A DNA stretch of 64,000 nt. Source: Octopus sinensis (Eukaryota). The stretch spans positions 66,774,001 to 66,838,000 of the forward strand of contig NC_043001.1 of assembly GCF_006345805.1 (NCBI RefSeq). The letters run 5' to 3'. Position 1 is the stretch's first letter; every line of letters starts with the position of its first letter. Of the stretch, positions 26,367 to 38,312 are shown piece by piece. Under the pieces are notes generated by a model. It was not told the origin of the DNA. It did no database searches and was given only the letters and a program-made list of their open reading frames with translations. A program made the translations under genes and the position numbers.

Positions 26367-28228
26367 TGTATTGGCATCCTTTCTGTCTCGGGAGACAATG
26401 GAGTTGCGCATCTTTTTTTTTTTTTTTTGTAGTCTAGTCCGGCTTTTATATTTCATGTCCTGATACATTTCCTGCTGTGGCTGTGTAGTCCTATCCTGGA
26501 CAAACACTCCCTCTGGCAGGTACCGCAAATGTAGCGAAGACTGTTCCTGGCTGGTTGTAGTGCCATAGTCTCTTGTTTATGTCTCTTCCTTTCTTTCCAT
26601 TTCTCCTCTCTCTCTCTGTCACTCTTTTGTATTCCCTCTTTTACTGTACGTCGCCATTCTCCACGGTTGCCGGCGACTGCCTCCCAACCGCTAATATTGA
26701 TGTTGCAGGCCTTCATATCCCTTTTGCAAACATCCCTGTAACGTAAGATCGGTCTACCCACAGACCTAGTACCCCTAGCAAGCTCTCCGTAGAGTATGTC
26801 CTTGGGGATTCTGCCATCTTTCATACGGCTAACATGCCCAAGCCATCTCATACGTCTTTGTGTGAGGAGTGCAAACATACTTGGTATTCTTGCTTGCCTG
26901 AGGACATCTTTGTTGGGGATATGATTCTGCCATTTGATGCGGAGGATTTTTCGGAGGCAGCACAGTGAAAGATGTTTAGGCGACGCTCTTGGCGTGTGTA
27001 TAGTGTCCAGGTCTCGCTTCCATACAGTAGAGTGCTGAGTACACATGCCTGGTAGATCTTCATTTTCGTGGTCTTGGTCAGCTTATTGTTGTCCCAAGCC
27101 CGTTTGGAGAGTTGGGCCATCGCAGCAGCTGCCTTGCCAATGCGTATATTGAGCTCAGCGTCAAGGGATAGGTTGTAGGTGACGGTAGAGCCCAGATAGG
27201 TAAACTTCTCCACCTCTTGTAATCTGTGGTCTCCAATATGTATGTTTGGGATGTCCGATGTAGCCTGGCCCATGATGTTGGTCTTCTTAAGGCTGATAGC
27301 TAAGCCAAAGTCGTTACATGCTTGCTCAAAACAGTTAATGAGCCTTTGGAGGGCTTCTTCTGTGTGTGTTACCAGAGCGGCATCATCAGCAAATAACATC
27401 TCCTTGATCAGGACGTTTCTGATTTTGGTCTTGGCACGCAGGCGCGAGAGATTGAACAGTTTCCCGTCACTTCTACTGTGCAGAAACACTCCATCATCTG
27501 ATGTCTGAAAGGCATGTGAAAGTAAGAGTGAGAAGAAGATGCCAAACAATGTAGGAGCGAGGACACAGCCTTGCTTTACCCCGTTTTTTATTTGGAAGGT
27601 GGCTGATGTTGAACCGTTGTGCTGTATGGTGCCTTGCATGTCATCATAGAAAGACTTGATGATCCTCAGCAGCTTTGGTGGACATCCGATTTTTTGGAGC
27701 AGGAGGAAGAGGCCTGTTCTGCTTACCGAGTCAAAAGCCTTTGTTAGATCAATGAAGGCCATATATAATGGCATTTTCTGCTCTCTGGACTTCTCCTGAA
27801 GTTGGCATATGGAGAATATCATATCGATAGTTGATCTGCTTCTTCTAAAGCCACACTGCGATTCCGGATAGATTCGAGAAGCAAGTAGTTGTAGCCTGAC
27901 CAGGATAACGCGGGCAAAGGTCTTTCCAACAGTGCTTAGAAGGGATATACCACGGTAATTGTTACAATCACCACGGTCACCTTTGTTTTTGTAAAGCGTA
28001 ATGATGTTGGCATCCCGCATATCCTGAAGGACTGTACCCTCTTCCCAGCACTGACACAGAAGCTCATGAAGGTGCCGAAGCAGGATGGTGTTTTTGCCGG
28101 CTTTGATGATCTCTGAGGGGATGCTGTCTTTTCCCGGAGCCTTATTTCTTGCTAGGGAGTCAACAGCCTTGGTGAGCTCTGCTATAGATGGCGGACTGTC
28201 AAGTTCGCACATGACTGGCAAGATCTTG
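26367..28228 (-). mobile_element. Young 5'-truncated RTE (BovB-like) LINE, RT plus C-terminal zinc finger
   Basis: About 590 codons with one apparent 1-bp frameshift near 26965. Motifs KAPGKD, YRGISLL, QCGFR, AFIDLTKAFDSV, GVKQGCVLAP, LFADD, FTYLGS and terminal CGTCQRECLSRIGLHSHSRKC. 3' end CTCCATTGTCTCCCGAGACAGAAAGGATGCCAA. Candidate TSD CCATCACT at 26359-26366 and 28229-28236. Confidence 0.93.
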
Positions 28229-28354
28229 CCATCACTATCTAATATATAACAGGTACAATAATACAAAGTCCATCTCTCAGTTTGTGTAAGGGATAGATGC
28301 ATTAGGAATTCAAATATTTATTCATTTTGCATTTCAATCAGTGTTTACTGGTAC

Positions 28355-28530
28355 AGGCATAGCTGTGTGGTTAAGAAGTTCATGCCACAGCCATATGGTT
28401 TTTAGTTCAGTCCCAATGTCTGGTACCTCAGACAAGTGTTTACCATAGCTCTGGGCCAACCAATGCCTTGTGAGTGAATTTGGTAGGAGGAAACTGTAGA
28501 AAGCCTATCAGATGTGTGTGTGTGTTCAGC
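28355..28530 (+). mobile_element. tRNA-derived SINE, family 1 (5' half)
   Basis: Family-1 head and body motifs. Confidence 0.75.
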
Positions 28531-30463
28531 ATGAAATTGTCCATCATCAGAACTGCCACTCTAGAACCAACCTGCCTCCACTCATTGTATTCCATATAAT
28601 ATCTGCTATTATGGTAGTTTTATGTTCTAATAATATTGGTACAGGTATTGTATAGTACTGTGACACTGTGACTTAATGTCTGTTGTTAGTCTCACCAATA
28701 GTTAAATTATTGGTAATATCTTCTTTAAATCTTCATCTCAAATTTATCTGTGATTATGAAGTAATACTGACAGAATCTGTAGGGTATCAGAGAAAATACC
28801 TTGTTATATTCATTTATGGCTCCTTAAATTCTGAATTCAAATACCACCCAGACCAATTTTTGCCTTTCATTTTTCTGGTAAGGTTGATTAAATATAGTAC
28901 CTGGGTGTTTTATATTGCTATTAATATACAACTTAGATTTAAATGAAATTGTAATGGGAAAAAAACCTAACTGAAGTGAGAAACAATTCAAAATCAACAA
29001 GATAATTATAAATTAATAGTCAAATGATGTATAAAGTTAGTAAGTCATTTTACTGCTAGCTTTTGAAACAATGGAGATTGTTGCTGGTATTCCATCCCAA
29101 CCCCCTTGCTTATTAAGAAATGTTTCGAAATTGTTTTGTTTCTGTTTATAACAATACATATCTATAAATAATTCCTTTAAAAATTATCTTTACAGAGTTT
29201 TTTTTTATTCTTTGAATGAATGAATTTTGTTTTTCTTAATCTTTATATCATCAACATATGTTAAAACATTACATAATAAAGTAAAGAATTGTATACAAAA
29301 GCAGCTTTTCATCTAGCCATTCCATTACATTTACAGACTTCTGGGAATTCATCTGTTCTTATTTAAGGAAATTCTGCAAAAAGGTTTTTTTTTTTTAAAT
29401 CTGTTATGTTGCTGACTTAGGATATATAAAGAAAAAGACATAAAGAAAAAAGAATAAAGAAGTGAGATTAGAATAAAAATAAACATCCTTTTTCCTTTAG
29501 TAAGATATTATATTTCTGATATTGGCTAAGAACCAATGAATAAAGTATTTAGTATAGATATTGACATACGTACATGGCTGTTAATAGTCTCTATATATAG
29601 ATCTTGATAACCGCTTGTATAACACCACTGTGTCTGTTTGTCTCTAAGTATTTGTGTGAGTAAAAACAATAATGGATGTATATATGCAAACCAGTTTTTT
29701 TATACGTACATACTTGTACATCATCTCCATCATGAGTTAACGTCCACTCTTTCCATGCTGGCATGGGTCAAATGGAAAGCAGATATATGATAGGCTTCTT
29801 TTAGTTTCTATCTACTAAATTCATTCAAAAAGATTTGGTTGGTAAAGGACTGTTGTAGGAGACGTTTGTTCAAGATATCTGCTGTGGGACTGATCTGGAG
29901 CCATGTGGGTAGGAAACAAACTTTTTAAGCACACAGCCACATCTTCACTTACTACATGTATGTGTGCATGTATATATTACTGAATATTTATAGGTGCAAA
30001 TATGATTGGACGATAAAGAAGTTCTCATACCAAGCAACCATATGGCTTCAGATTCAGTCCTACTGTGCAATACTGTGGGTCAGTGTCTTCTGTAATCCTT
30101 GGTTGACCGATGCCTTGTTAATGGATTTAATAAATGGAATCTATAAAGAAGCCCATCATATGTGTATGTGTGCAAGTGTTTGGTGTGTCTCCTTGACATT
30201 TCATGATAGTTGTAAATGAAAGGTCATTATCATACAAGTGGTGTCTTCTGTAAAAGCATGTCTGGTCATGGGAAACTATTACCAGGTAAACAATCTACTT
30301 CCTAACATTGACTGGTGATTAGTGTCTTCAAAATTAGGGTTACTTTGAGATTAAAAAATGATTTAGAGGAGGAAAACCAAGAAGACCAGCAACAAGTTGA
30401 CCATTCAGAGAGATATCAATTGATACTTATGATAGTCGGAAGGAGGGGATAGAGGTATATAAC

Positions 30464-30789
30464 TGTTGTAGTGAAAATGGCACACTCCTTCCCATGTTAC
30501 AAAGTGGTATGAGAGGCCACTATAAAGTCAGACAGTAAGTCGTTGTAGGAGGTCAGTAGTAGTAGAGTCGTTGCATGAGTTCTCAGTTGGAGTCAGTGTC
30601 AGTTATGAGTTAGAGTTACCATCAAGGTAGACATTTCAAAGTTGTTGTTCTTGTAGGGCTATAAGCAATAGTACAATAGACAAATCAAAGATAATAAGAT
30701 GCAGGATACCACCACAATATAATAGTGATGACAAGAATATTACAGTGCTGATAACAATATACAAGTGGATGAGGATCCACATTATAACG
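30464..30789 (+). repeat. 5' LTR
   Basis: TGTTGTAGTGAAAATGG...GGATGAGGATCCACATTATAACG; aligns with the 3' LTR at roughly 75-80% by eye. Confidence 0.9.
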
Positions 30790-30790
30790 G

Positions 30791-30803
30791 TGGTAACAAG
30801 GAT
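30791..30803 (+). promoter_or_regulatory. Primer-binding site, degenerate tRNA-Ser(GCU) type
   Basis: TGGTAACAAGGAT versus TGGCGACGAGGAT, the complement of the tRNA-Ser(GCU) 3' end as recalled; all three differences fall in CpGs. Confidence 0.7.
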
Positions 30804-30954
30804 ATAAACAATTCATGTGGACAATATCGAAAAAAATTTTTTTCACAAGAAAATAAACAATTCACATGGACGATGTCGAAAAATTTTTCATGTAGAGAAA
30901 TTAAAAACTCAACAGAGAAGTAACAAACATTTTTCTTGTACATATTTTATGAAA

Positions 30955-32498
30955 AATCTGTAAAATTATGGAAAACTTGTTAGAGGGTTTAGTTGAGTTG
31001 CAACAACAACAACTCAAAGAACAACAATAAATGTTACAGCAACAAATGCTGCAACTAATGAAGTTGGTAACAAAACCAGAAAATATGTTTTCACCCAACC
31101 ATGTAGTAAATTCAATAAAAATATGACCCAGAAGAAGGAATCACTTTTGAGGCATATTACTGAAGATTTGAACAAATTTTCGAAAAAGAATGCCGAGACT
31201 GGATGGATAAAATGAAACCATTTCTAATTTTGAGGAAACTGGCGAAAACGATAAAGCATGAGAAATACTGTAACTTTATATTACCTTAAAAAGTTTCTAA
31301 CATAAATTTCATGGACACAATTGACATTTTACGTTAGATGTTCAGTGAAAAAACTTTGTTATTCAACACACATTGGAAGTGTTTAAACATGGAGAAAAGT
31401 GACAACGAAGATTTTACCACATATGCAGGTAGAGTGAACAGAGAGTGTTTGAGATTTAAACTGGATAAACTAACTCCAGGTTTGTTTAAGTGTCTGATTT
31501 TTGCTCAGGGACATACGGCTAAAAAGGACACAGAAGTCAGAATGAAAATTCTTGTAGAGCTGGAAATGAACCAGGATATAACTTTCCAGAAACTGCCAGA
31601 AGTGTATGATATGATATTAAAAGTAAGGCACATCACAGAAGAAATTCAATGTAGAGATTGTCTACAGATAAAACCAGTGTGGAAGAGTTGGAAAACAAAA
31701 TAAAGTGTTTCACAAAAACCATGATACACATTAGGAGATAAATCCATGTATGGCATATGGTGGTAGGCACCTGAGAAAAGAGTGTCCATTCAAAAAAGCA
31801 AAGTGTTTTCATTCTGCACACACAGGATACATTAAGACACTCTGCAAAACTAAGATGATGGAAAACTGGACCAAACGAGAAAAAAGAAAGATTGTCATCA
31901 GAGAAAAAAGTTTGTACAAGAACAGAAAAATTCATGAAGGTGAGAATCGAAACTACTAGTGTCAAAATGCAATTAGATGCGGGTAGTGACAACACTATCA
32001 TAAATAAAGAAACATGGTGACAAATTGGTAAACTGAAATTAGTTAAATCAAATAAAGTAGCATATAGTGTTACAGGAAAGAAATTCCATTTCATTAGTGA
32101 ATGTATTTGCAATGTTACTTTTCAAGGTGAAATGAAAAGGACAATCATTTGTGTTGGAAAAAAATCACTAAACCTATTTGGTATAAAATGCATGGACTTA
32201 TTTAAAATGTGAGATGCTCCCATTAGTGCTCTTTGTGAAAATGTAGTCAGTATGAAGTTCGAATGAAGTTGAACAACTGAGACAAAAATTTTTTAAATTG
32301 TTCCCAAATGTTTTTTTGGAAGGATTAGGCTGTTGCACTAAAACAAAAGCAAGGATCACAATAAAAGAAAAGGCAACACCGGAACATACTGTTTGTGGCA
32401 TTGGACCAGTCAATAAAGGGCTAGAAAGACTAGAAAGTCAACCATTCAGACAGGGCAGCTCTGATGATTTATGTAAAGAAAAAAAAAAATAATAAACT
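30955..32498 (+). pseudogene. Gypsy gag, zinc knuckles, protease and start of RT
   Basis: EDFTTYAGRVNREC..FK...FKCLIF; GGRHLRKECPFKKAKC..GYIKTLC; QLDAGSD (protease); NLFGIKW; AA.MIYVKKK.NNKL. Confidence 0.88.
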
Positions 32499-34492
32499 GG
32501 ATCAGATAATGAAGGTTACGGAGAGGGTCATAGCCCAACTGATTAGGGAGAGAGTCAGCTTGGATGAGATGCAGTTTGGTTTCGTGCCAGGAGCACCACT
32601 GATGCCATATTTCTGGTAAGACAGCTGCAGGAGAAGTACCTAGCCAAAGATAAGTCCCTGTACATGGCTTTCGTTGACATGGAGAAAGCCTTTGAAAGGG
32701 TCCCCCGATCCCTTATCTGGTGGTCAATGAGGAAACTAGGGATAGATGAATGGTTAGTGAGAGCTGTGCAAGCCATGTACAGAGACGCTGTAAGTAAGGT
32801 GAGGGTTGGCAACGAGTACACTGAAGAATTCAGGGTAGACGTAGGGGTCCAGTAATGTTCAGTCCTCAGCCCCTTCCTATTTATCATAGTCCTCCAGGCA
32901 ATAACGGAGGAATTCAAGACAGGATGCCCCTGGGAGCTCCTCTATGCTGATGACCTTGCTCTAATTGCTGAGTCACACTATCAGAACTAGAGGCAAAGTT
33001 TCAAGTGTGGAGACAAGGATTAGAATCAAAGGGCCTTAAAATCAACTTAGCTAAAATCAAAGCCCTAATATGTAGGAAGGCAGGCAAATCACAAACGCCT
33101 TCAGGTAGATGGCCCGGCTCAATCTGTAGAAAAGGCATAGGTAGAAACTCTATAAGATGCACCAAGTGTAAGCTATGGACACATAAGAGGTGCAGCAATG
33201 TCAAATGAAGGCTAACTAGGAAGATAGTTTTTGTATGTGGCAGCTGCTCAGGAGCAATAAACACTGAAAATGCGCAGAGACCTACTTCTGCCACATTCCA
33301 CGGAGAAAAACTAGAAATTGTTGATAGCTTCCGTTACGTAGGTGACCAAGTCAGTAGCGGGGGCAGGTGTGCTGAAAGTGTAACTGCTGGAGTAAGAATA
33401 GCCTAGGCAAAGTTCAGAGAGCTCTTACCTCTGCTGGTGACAAAAGGCCTCTCGCTCAGAGTAAAAGGCAGACTGTATGACGCATGTGTACGAACAGCCA
33501 TGCTACATGGCAGTGAAACATGGGCCATGACTGCTGAGGACATGCGTAAGCTCACAAGAAATGAAGTCAGTATGCTCCGATGGATGTGTAATGTTAGTGT
33601 TCATACTCAACAGAGTGTAAGTACCTTGAGAGAAAAGTTGCACCTAAGAAGCATCAGTTGTGGTGTGCAAGAGAGACGTTTGCGCTGGTATGGTCATGTG
33701 GCGAGAATGGATGAAGATAGTTGTGTGAAAAAGTGCCACACCCTAGCGGTTGAGGGAACCTGTGGAAGAGGTAGACCCAGGAAAACCTGGGACGAGGTGG
33801 TGAAGCACAACCTTCGAACTTTGGGTCTCACCGAGGAAATGACCAGAGACCGAGACCTTTGGAAGTATGCTGTGCGTGGGAAGATTTGGCAGGACAAGTG
33901 AAACCATAACCCGTGGCCTCTACCTGGGATGTAGCTAGTCCTCTTATGCATACCTTTCCTTCTTGTGACACAAAACTCTACTTGTGAAGACCTGTTGAAG
34001 CAAATGAAAATCGAAATCGACCAACATCAATGGAAATTGTAGCTGTCATACCAGTGCCGGTGGCGTGTAAGAGAACCATCTGAACGTGGCCGTTGTCAGC
34101 GCCGCCCCAACTGGCCTCCATGCCGGTGGCACGTAAAAAGCATCATCCAACTGTGGCCATTGGCAGCCTCGTCTGGCCCCTGTGCTGGTGGCATGTAAAA
34201 AGCATCATCCAACTGTGGCCATTGGCAGCCTCGTCTGGCCCCTGTGCTGGTGGCACGTAAAAAGCATCACGAGATCGTGGCCGTTTGCCAGCCTCGTCTG
34301 GCACCTGTGTTGGTGACACGTAAAAAGCACCCACTACACTCACGGAGTGGTTGGCGTTATGAAGGGCATCCAGCTGTAGAAACACTGCCAGATCAGACAG
34401 GGCCTGGCGCAGCCTTCTGGTTTCCCAGACCCCAGTTGAACAGTCCAACCCATGCTAGCATGGGAAGCAGATGTTAACCGATGATGATGATG
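32499..34492 (+). mobile_element. 5'-truncated RTE-type LINE with an RT-embedded PHD finger, nested in the gypsy RT
   Basis: DQIMKVTERVIAQLIRER, AFVDMEKAFERVPR, ELLYADD, PHD-like segment, FRYVGD, LHGSETW and GRGRPRKTW, followed by a 3' UTR with five hairpin units, the tail module and (GAT)n. Confidence 0.93.
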
Positions 34493-34689
34493 ATTGTGTG
34501 AAATTTGATTTAGTATTTTTAAATTGAATTTTTTTCCTTGTATGTTCGGATTAATATTCCCTCAAATAATTATCATATATATATATATATATATATAATT
34601 TTAATCCAAACGGGAAAACAGAAAAAACAACAACACGTGGAACAGTTACAGTATTATTATTAATAGGCGCTCAGGAAAGATGGAAGCAG

Positions 34690-34735
34690 GAAGGTATGAC
34701 GTTTCGAGCGGAGCTCTTCGTCGGAAACATAAAGA
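34690..34735 (-). ncRNA. Minimal type-I hammerhead-ribozyme-like motif (variant or degenerate)
   Basis: The minus strand reads ATGTTT-CCGACGA-A-GAGC-TCC-GCTC-GAAACGTC-ATAC. Core C(U>C)GACGA, stem II GAGC/GCTC, GAAA, palindromic ACGT stem III and a GUC triplet are visible. Stem I is only partly paired. Confidence 0.6.
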
Positions 34736-35219
34736 AGGAAGAGAGAGGAAAGAAAGATCCCAAGGTGGGCAACAAGAGGGAGAAAAAAAAACGACTGGTG
34801 TTTACGAAGTACACATGGTGAAAGGCGGAAGTTTACGATAACAAGAGCAAAGTAGGTTTTTAAAGCCAAAAGAGTGGAGACAGGGTTGGTAACGCAACAG
34901 ATGTGTGTGTATGTGTGAAGATGTGCGTGTGCGTGTGTGTATGTGTGTGTGAGGCGAGATAAAAAAAAACAAAAAATATATGTATATGTTAGTGTGTGCG
35001 TCTGTGTGTAGGCGTGTGAGGTAGGGCGAACAGTAGTAGGCATAGCAGACAGTGGTCAGTAGTAAAAAAATGAAGGAAGGAGGAAGGGAGGGAGGGGAAG
35101 GGGTGGGGGCGTATGTAACGTGCCAGCGTGTGTGTTGAGTGGTAGTGTGTGTGTGTCCAGTGTCGTAGTTGTATGTATGGCGAGTAGATTTGAAGTGTGT
35201 GTAAGAGTAATGTATATAT

Positions 35220-35584
35220 TTAAGCAAATGTGTGTGTGTGAGTGGGTGTATGTATGTGTGCGCGCGTGTGTAACAAAAAAGGGGGGGTTATAAGGAAAAA
35301 GGACTCTAGCTGAGGGGAAGATGGAAGAGTGGTCCCGCGGAGACGGGCGTGGGAGAACCCAACGACAGGCGCCGGCCCCAGAACCGAGCCGGAGATCTCG
35401 TCGGGTCCAAGAGCGAGGTGCATGCATGCGTGAGCTGGCGCAAGCGCGTGTGTGCGCACGCCTGCGAGTGTGTGTGTAAGTATGTGGATGTGTGAGTGTG
35501 TCTGTGTGTATGTCTGGGTGTCAGTGTGTCCGATGAATGTATGTAAGTAGGTGTGTATATATGTGTGTGCATAGATGTATGTCC

Positions 35585-35615
<31 letters not shown>

Positions 35616-37480
35616 AGTGTGTATGTATGTACCTGTGGGTGTGTGGAAGTGTGTGTATGTGTGTGTGTGTGTATGTATGTGTGAGTGTGTATGTGTGTGT
35701 GTGTAGGATGCATGTATGTGTATGGGTGTATGTATGTGTGTGTGTGTGTATGTATGTGTACATGCGTGTGTGTGTGTGTATGCATGCATGCATGTAGGTG
35801 TGCGCGTGTGCATGCATGCATGTGCGTATGTGTGTGTGCATGTGTGTGGGTATATATGTATGTGCGTATATGTGTGTGTATGTGCATACATGTGTGTGTG
35901 TGTATGCATGTGTGTGTATGTAGGTGTGTAGGCGTGTGTGTATAGGTGTATGTATGTATGTATGGGTGTGTCCGTGTATGTGTGTGTATGTATGTGTGTG
36001 TATGTAGGTGTGTGGGCGTGTGTGTATAGGTGTATGTATGTCTGGGTGTGTCCGTGCATGTTTGTGTGTGTGTGTGTGTATGCATGTGTATGTAGGTGTG
36101 TGTGTACGTGTGTAATGTATGTGTGTATGCGTGTGTGTGCGTGTGTATGCGTGCGTGTGTGTATGTAGGTGCGTATGTATGTGTGTGGGAGTGTAGGTGT
36201 GTGTGTGCGTGTGCGTGTTTATGTTGGTGTGTGCGTATGTGAGTGTGAGTGTATGGGTGTTTGTCATGAGTGTGTGTGTAAGTATGTGTGTGTGTATGTT
36301 TGTGTGAGTGTGTATGTGTGTATGTCTGTGTGTATGTATGTGCGTATAGGAGTATGTAGGTATGTGTGTGTGTATGTGTATGGGTGTATGTATGTGTGTG
36401 TGTGTGTGCATGTGTATAAGTATATGTGTGTGTGTGCGTATGTGTGTGTATGTGTATGTGTGTGTGTTTATGTATGTGTGTAGGCGTGTGTGTGTAGATG
36501 TATGTATGTATGGGTGTGTGTCTGTGTGTGTTTGTGTGTGTGTGTAGGTAGGTGTGTGTCTGAGTGAGGGTATGGCTGTGTAGGTGTGTGTGTGTATGAA
36601 TGTAAGTGTGTGTGTGTACAAGTGTAATGTATGTATGTAGGTGTGTGTGTGTGTGTGTGTATGTGTACGTATGCGTGTGTATGTGTGTGTGTGTATGCGT
36701 GTGAGTGTGAGTGTATGGGTGTATGTCTGTGTGTATGTCTGAAGTAGGTATGTGTGTGTGTGCGGGTATGTGTGTGTGTGTGTGTATGTGTGTGTGTGAG
36801 TAGGTGTGCGTGTATGTATGTGGGTAGGGATGCATGCGAGTGTGTGGGTATGTATGTATACATACGCACGCACACACCCGAAGCAAGCCCACACACACGA
36901 AGCGCGCTCACGCACACAACACACAAACAATACAACGCAAGCCCATGGGGCCGACCAAGCCTCCAGCGCGCGAGCGCAAAGGCCCTTGAACGACCCGCTA
37001 CGCGGGAACCGAGGATCCATCAGCCAAAACCGGAAAGCAGAAAAGAGGGTGGGGGGCTGCCTGGATGCAAATAGGTGTATGTGTGTGTGCATTCAGTGTA
37101 AGGGTGTGCATGTGTGGGTATGTATGTGTGTGTGCCTACATGTATGTGTGCATGTGTGTGTGTGTGAAGTATGTATGTGCGATGTGTGTGTGTGAGTGTG
37201 TGTGTATGTATGTGCGTATGTATGTGTGTGTGTATGTATGTCTGTGTGTGTGTGTGTAAGTATGTATGTGTGTGTGTATGTATGTATGTGTGTATGTATG
37301 TGCATGTTGGTTTGTATGTTAGTGTGTGCATGTATGTCTATAAGTGTGTGTGATTAAATGTGTGAATGTATGTACGTAGATGTGTATACGTATGTGTGTG
37401 TGTGAACAGGCGTGTGGGAGGTAGGTAGGTGTGTGTGTGGGGGGGGTGTATCCGGGAAACATATACATACACACACACAT
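35220..37480. repeat. About 2.3-kb compound (TG)/(TATG) microsatellite block with two GC-rich islands
   Basis: Direct reading; it is the source of the spurious His/Thr and Cys/Val ORFs. Confidence 0.95.
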
Positions 37481-37521
37481 ATATATATACATATATATAT
37501 ATACCTTGAGAGTATATATAT

Positions 37522-38312
37522 AAAAGTTGGACCTAAGAAGCATCAGTTGTAGTGTGCAAGAGAGATGTTTGCGCTGGTATGGTCGTGTGGCGAGAATGGA
37601 TGAAGATAGTTGTGTGAAAAAGTGCCACACCCTAGCAGTTGAGGGAATCTGTGGAAGAGGTAGACCCAGGAAGACTTGGGACGAAGTGGTGAAGCACGAC
37701 CTTTAAACATTAGGGCTCACCGAGGAAATGACTAGTGACTGAGACCTTTGGAAGTATGCTGTGTGGTAGAAGGCCTGGCAGGACAAGCGAGACCATAACC
37801 CGTGGCCTCTACCTGGGATGTAGCCAGTCCACTTATGCATACCTTTCCTTCTTGTGACACAAAACTCTACTTGTGAAGACCTGTTGAGGCAAGTGAAAAT
37901 CAAAATCAAAATTGATCAACATCAATGGAAGTTGTAGTTGTGATACCAGTGCTGGTGGCACGTAAGAGAACCATCCAAACATGGCCATTGACAGCGTCAC
38001 CCCGACTGGCCTCCGTGCCAGTGGCACGTAAAAAGCACCATCCTATTGTAGCCGTTGCCAGACCCATCCGGCCTCTGTGCCAGTGGCACGTAAAAAGCAC
38101 CATCCGATCGTGGCCGTTGCCAGCCTCGTCTGGCATGTAAAAAGCACCCACTACACTCATGGAGTGGTTGGCGTTAGGACAGGCATCCAGCTGTAGAAAC
38201 ACTGCCAGATCAGACTGGGCCTGGTGCAGCCTTCTGGCTTTCCAGACCCCAGTTGAACCGTCCAACCCATGCTAGCATGGAAAGCGGACGTTAAACGATG
38301 ATGATGATGATG
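37522..38312 (+). mobile_element. Second RTE 3' end (same family as 32499-34492)
   Basis: Aligns closely with 33635-34492; has about four hairpin units and ends in TTAAAC(GAT)n directly before AAACT. Confidence 0.92.

Noticed and set aside
34050-34330. Regularly spaced repeats resembling a CRISPR array (also the 15-bp arrays at 13417 and 16276)
   Set aside because: Eukaryotic context with no cas genes. The spacers are homologous to each other, and the arrays are parts of an RTE 3' UTR and MULE TIRs.
36940-36980. GPTKPPARERK, faintly like the GIY-YIG GETKR.L.ER motif
   Set aside because: Too short, with no surrounding GIY/YIG residues; cannot support a Penelope endonuclease.
35220-37353. Very long ORFs (up to 530 aa) rich in His/Thr or Cys/Val
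   Set aside because: They are translations of (TG)/(CA) compound microsatellites, which lack stop codons; no coding evidence.
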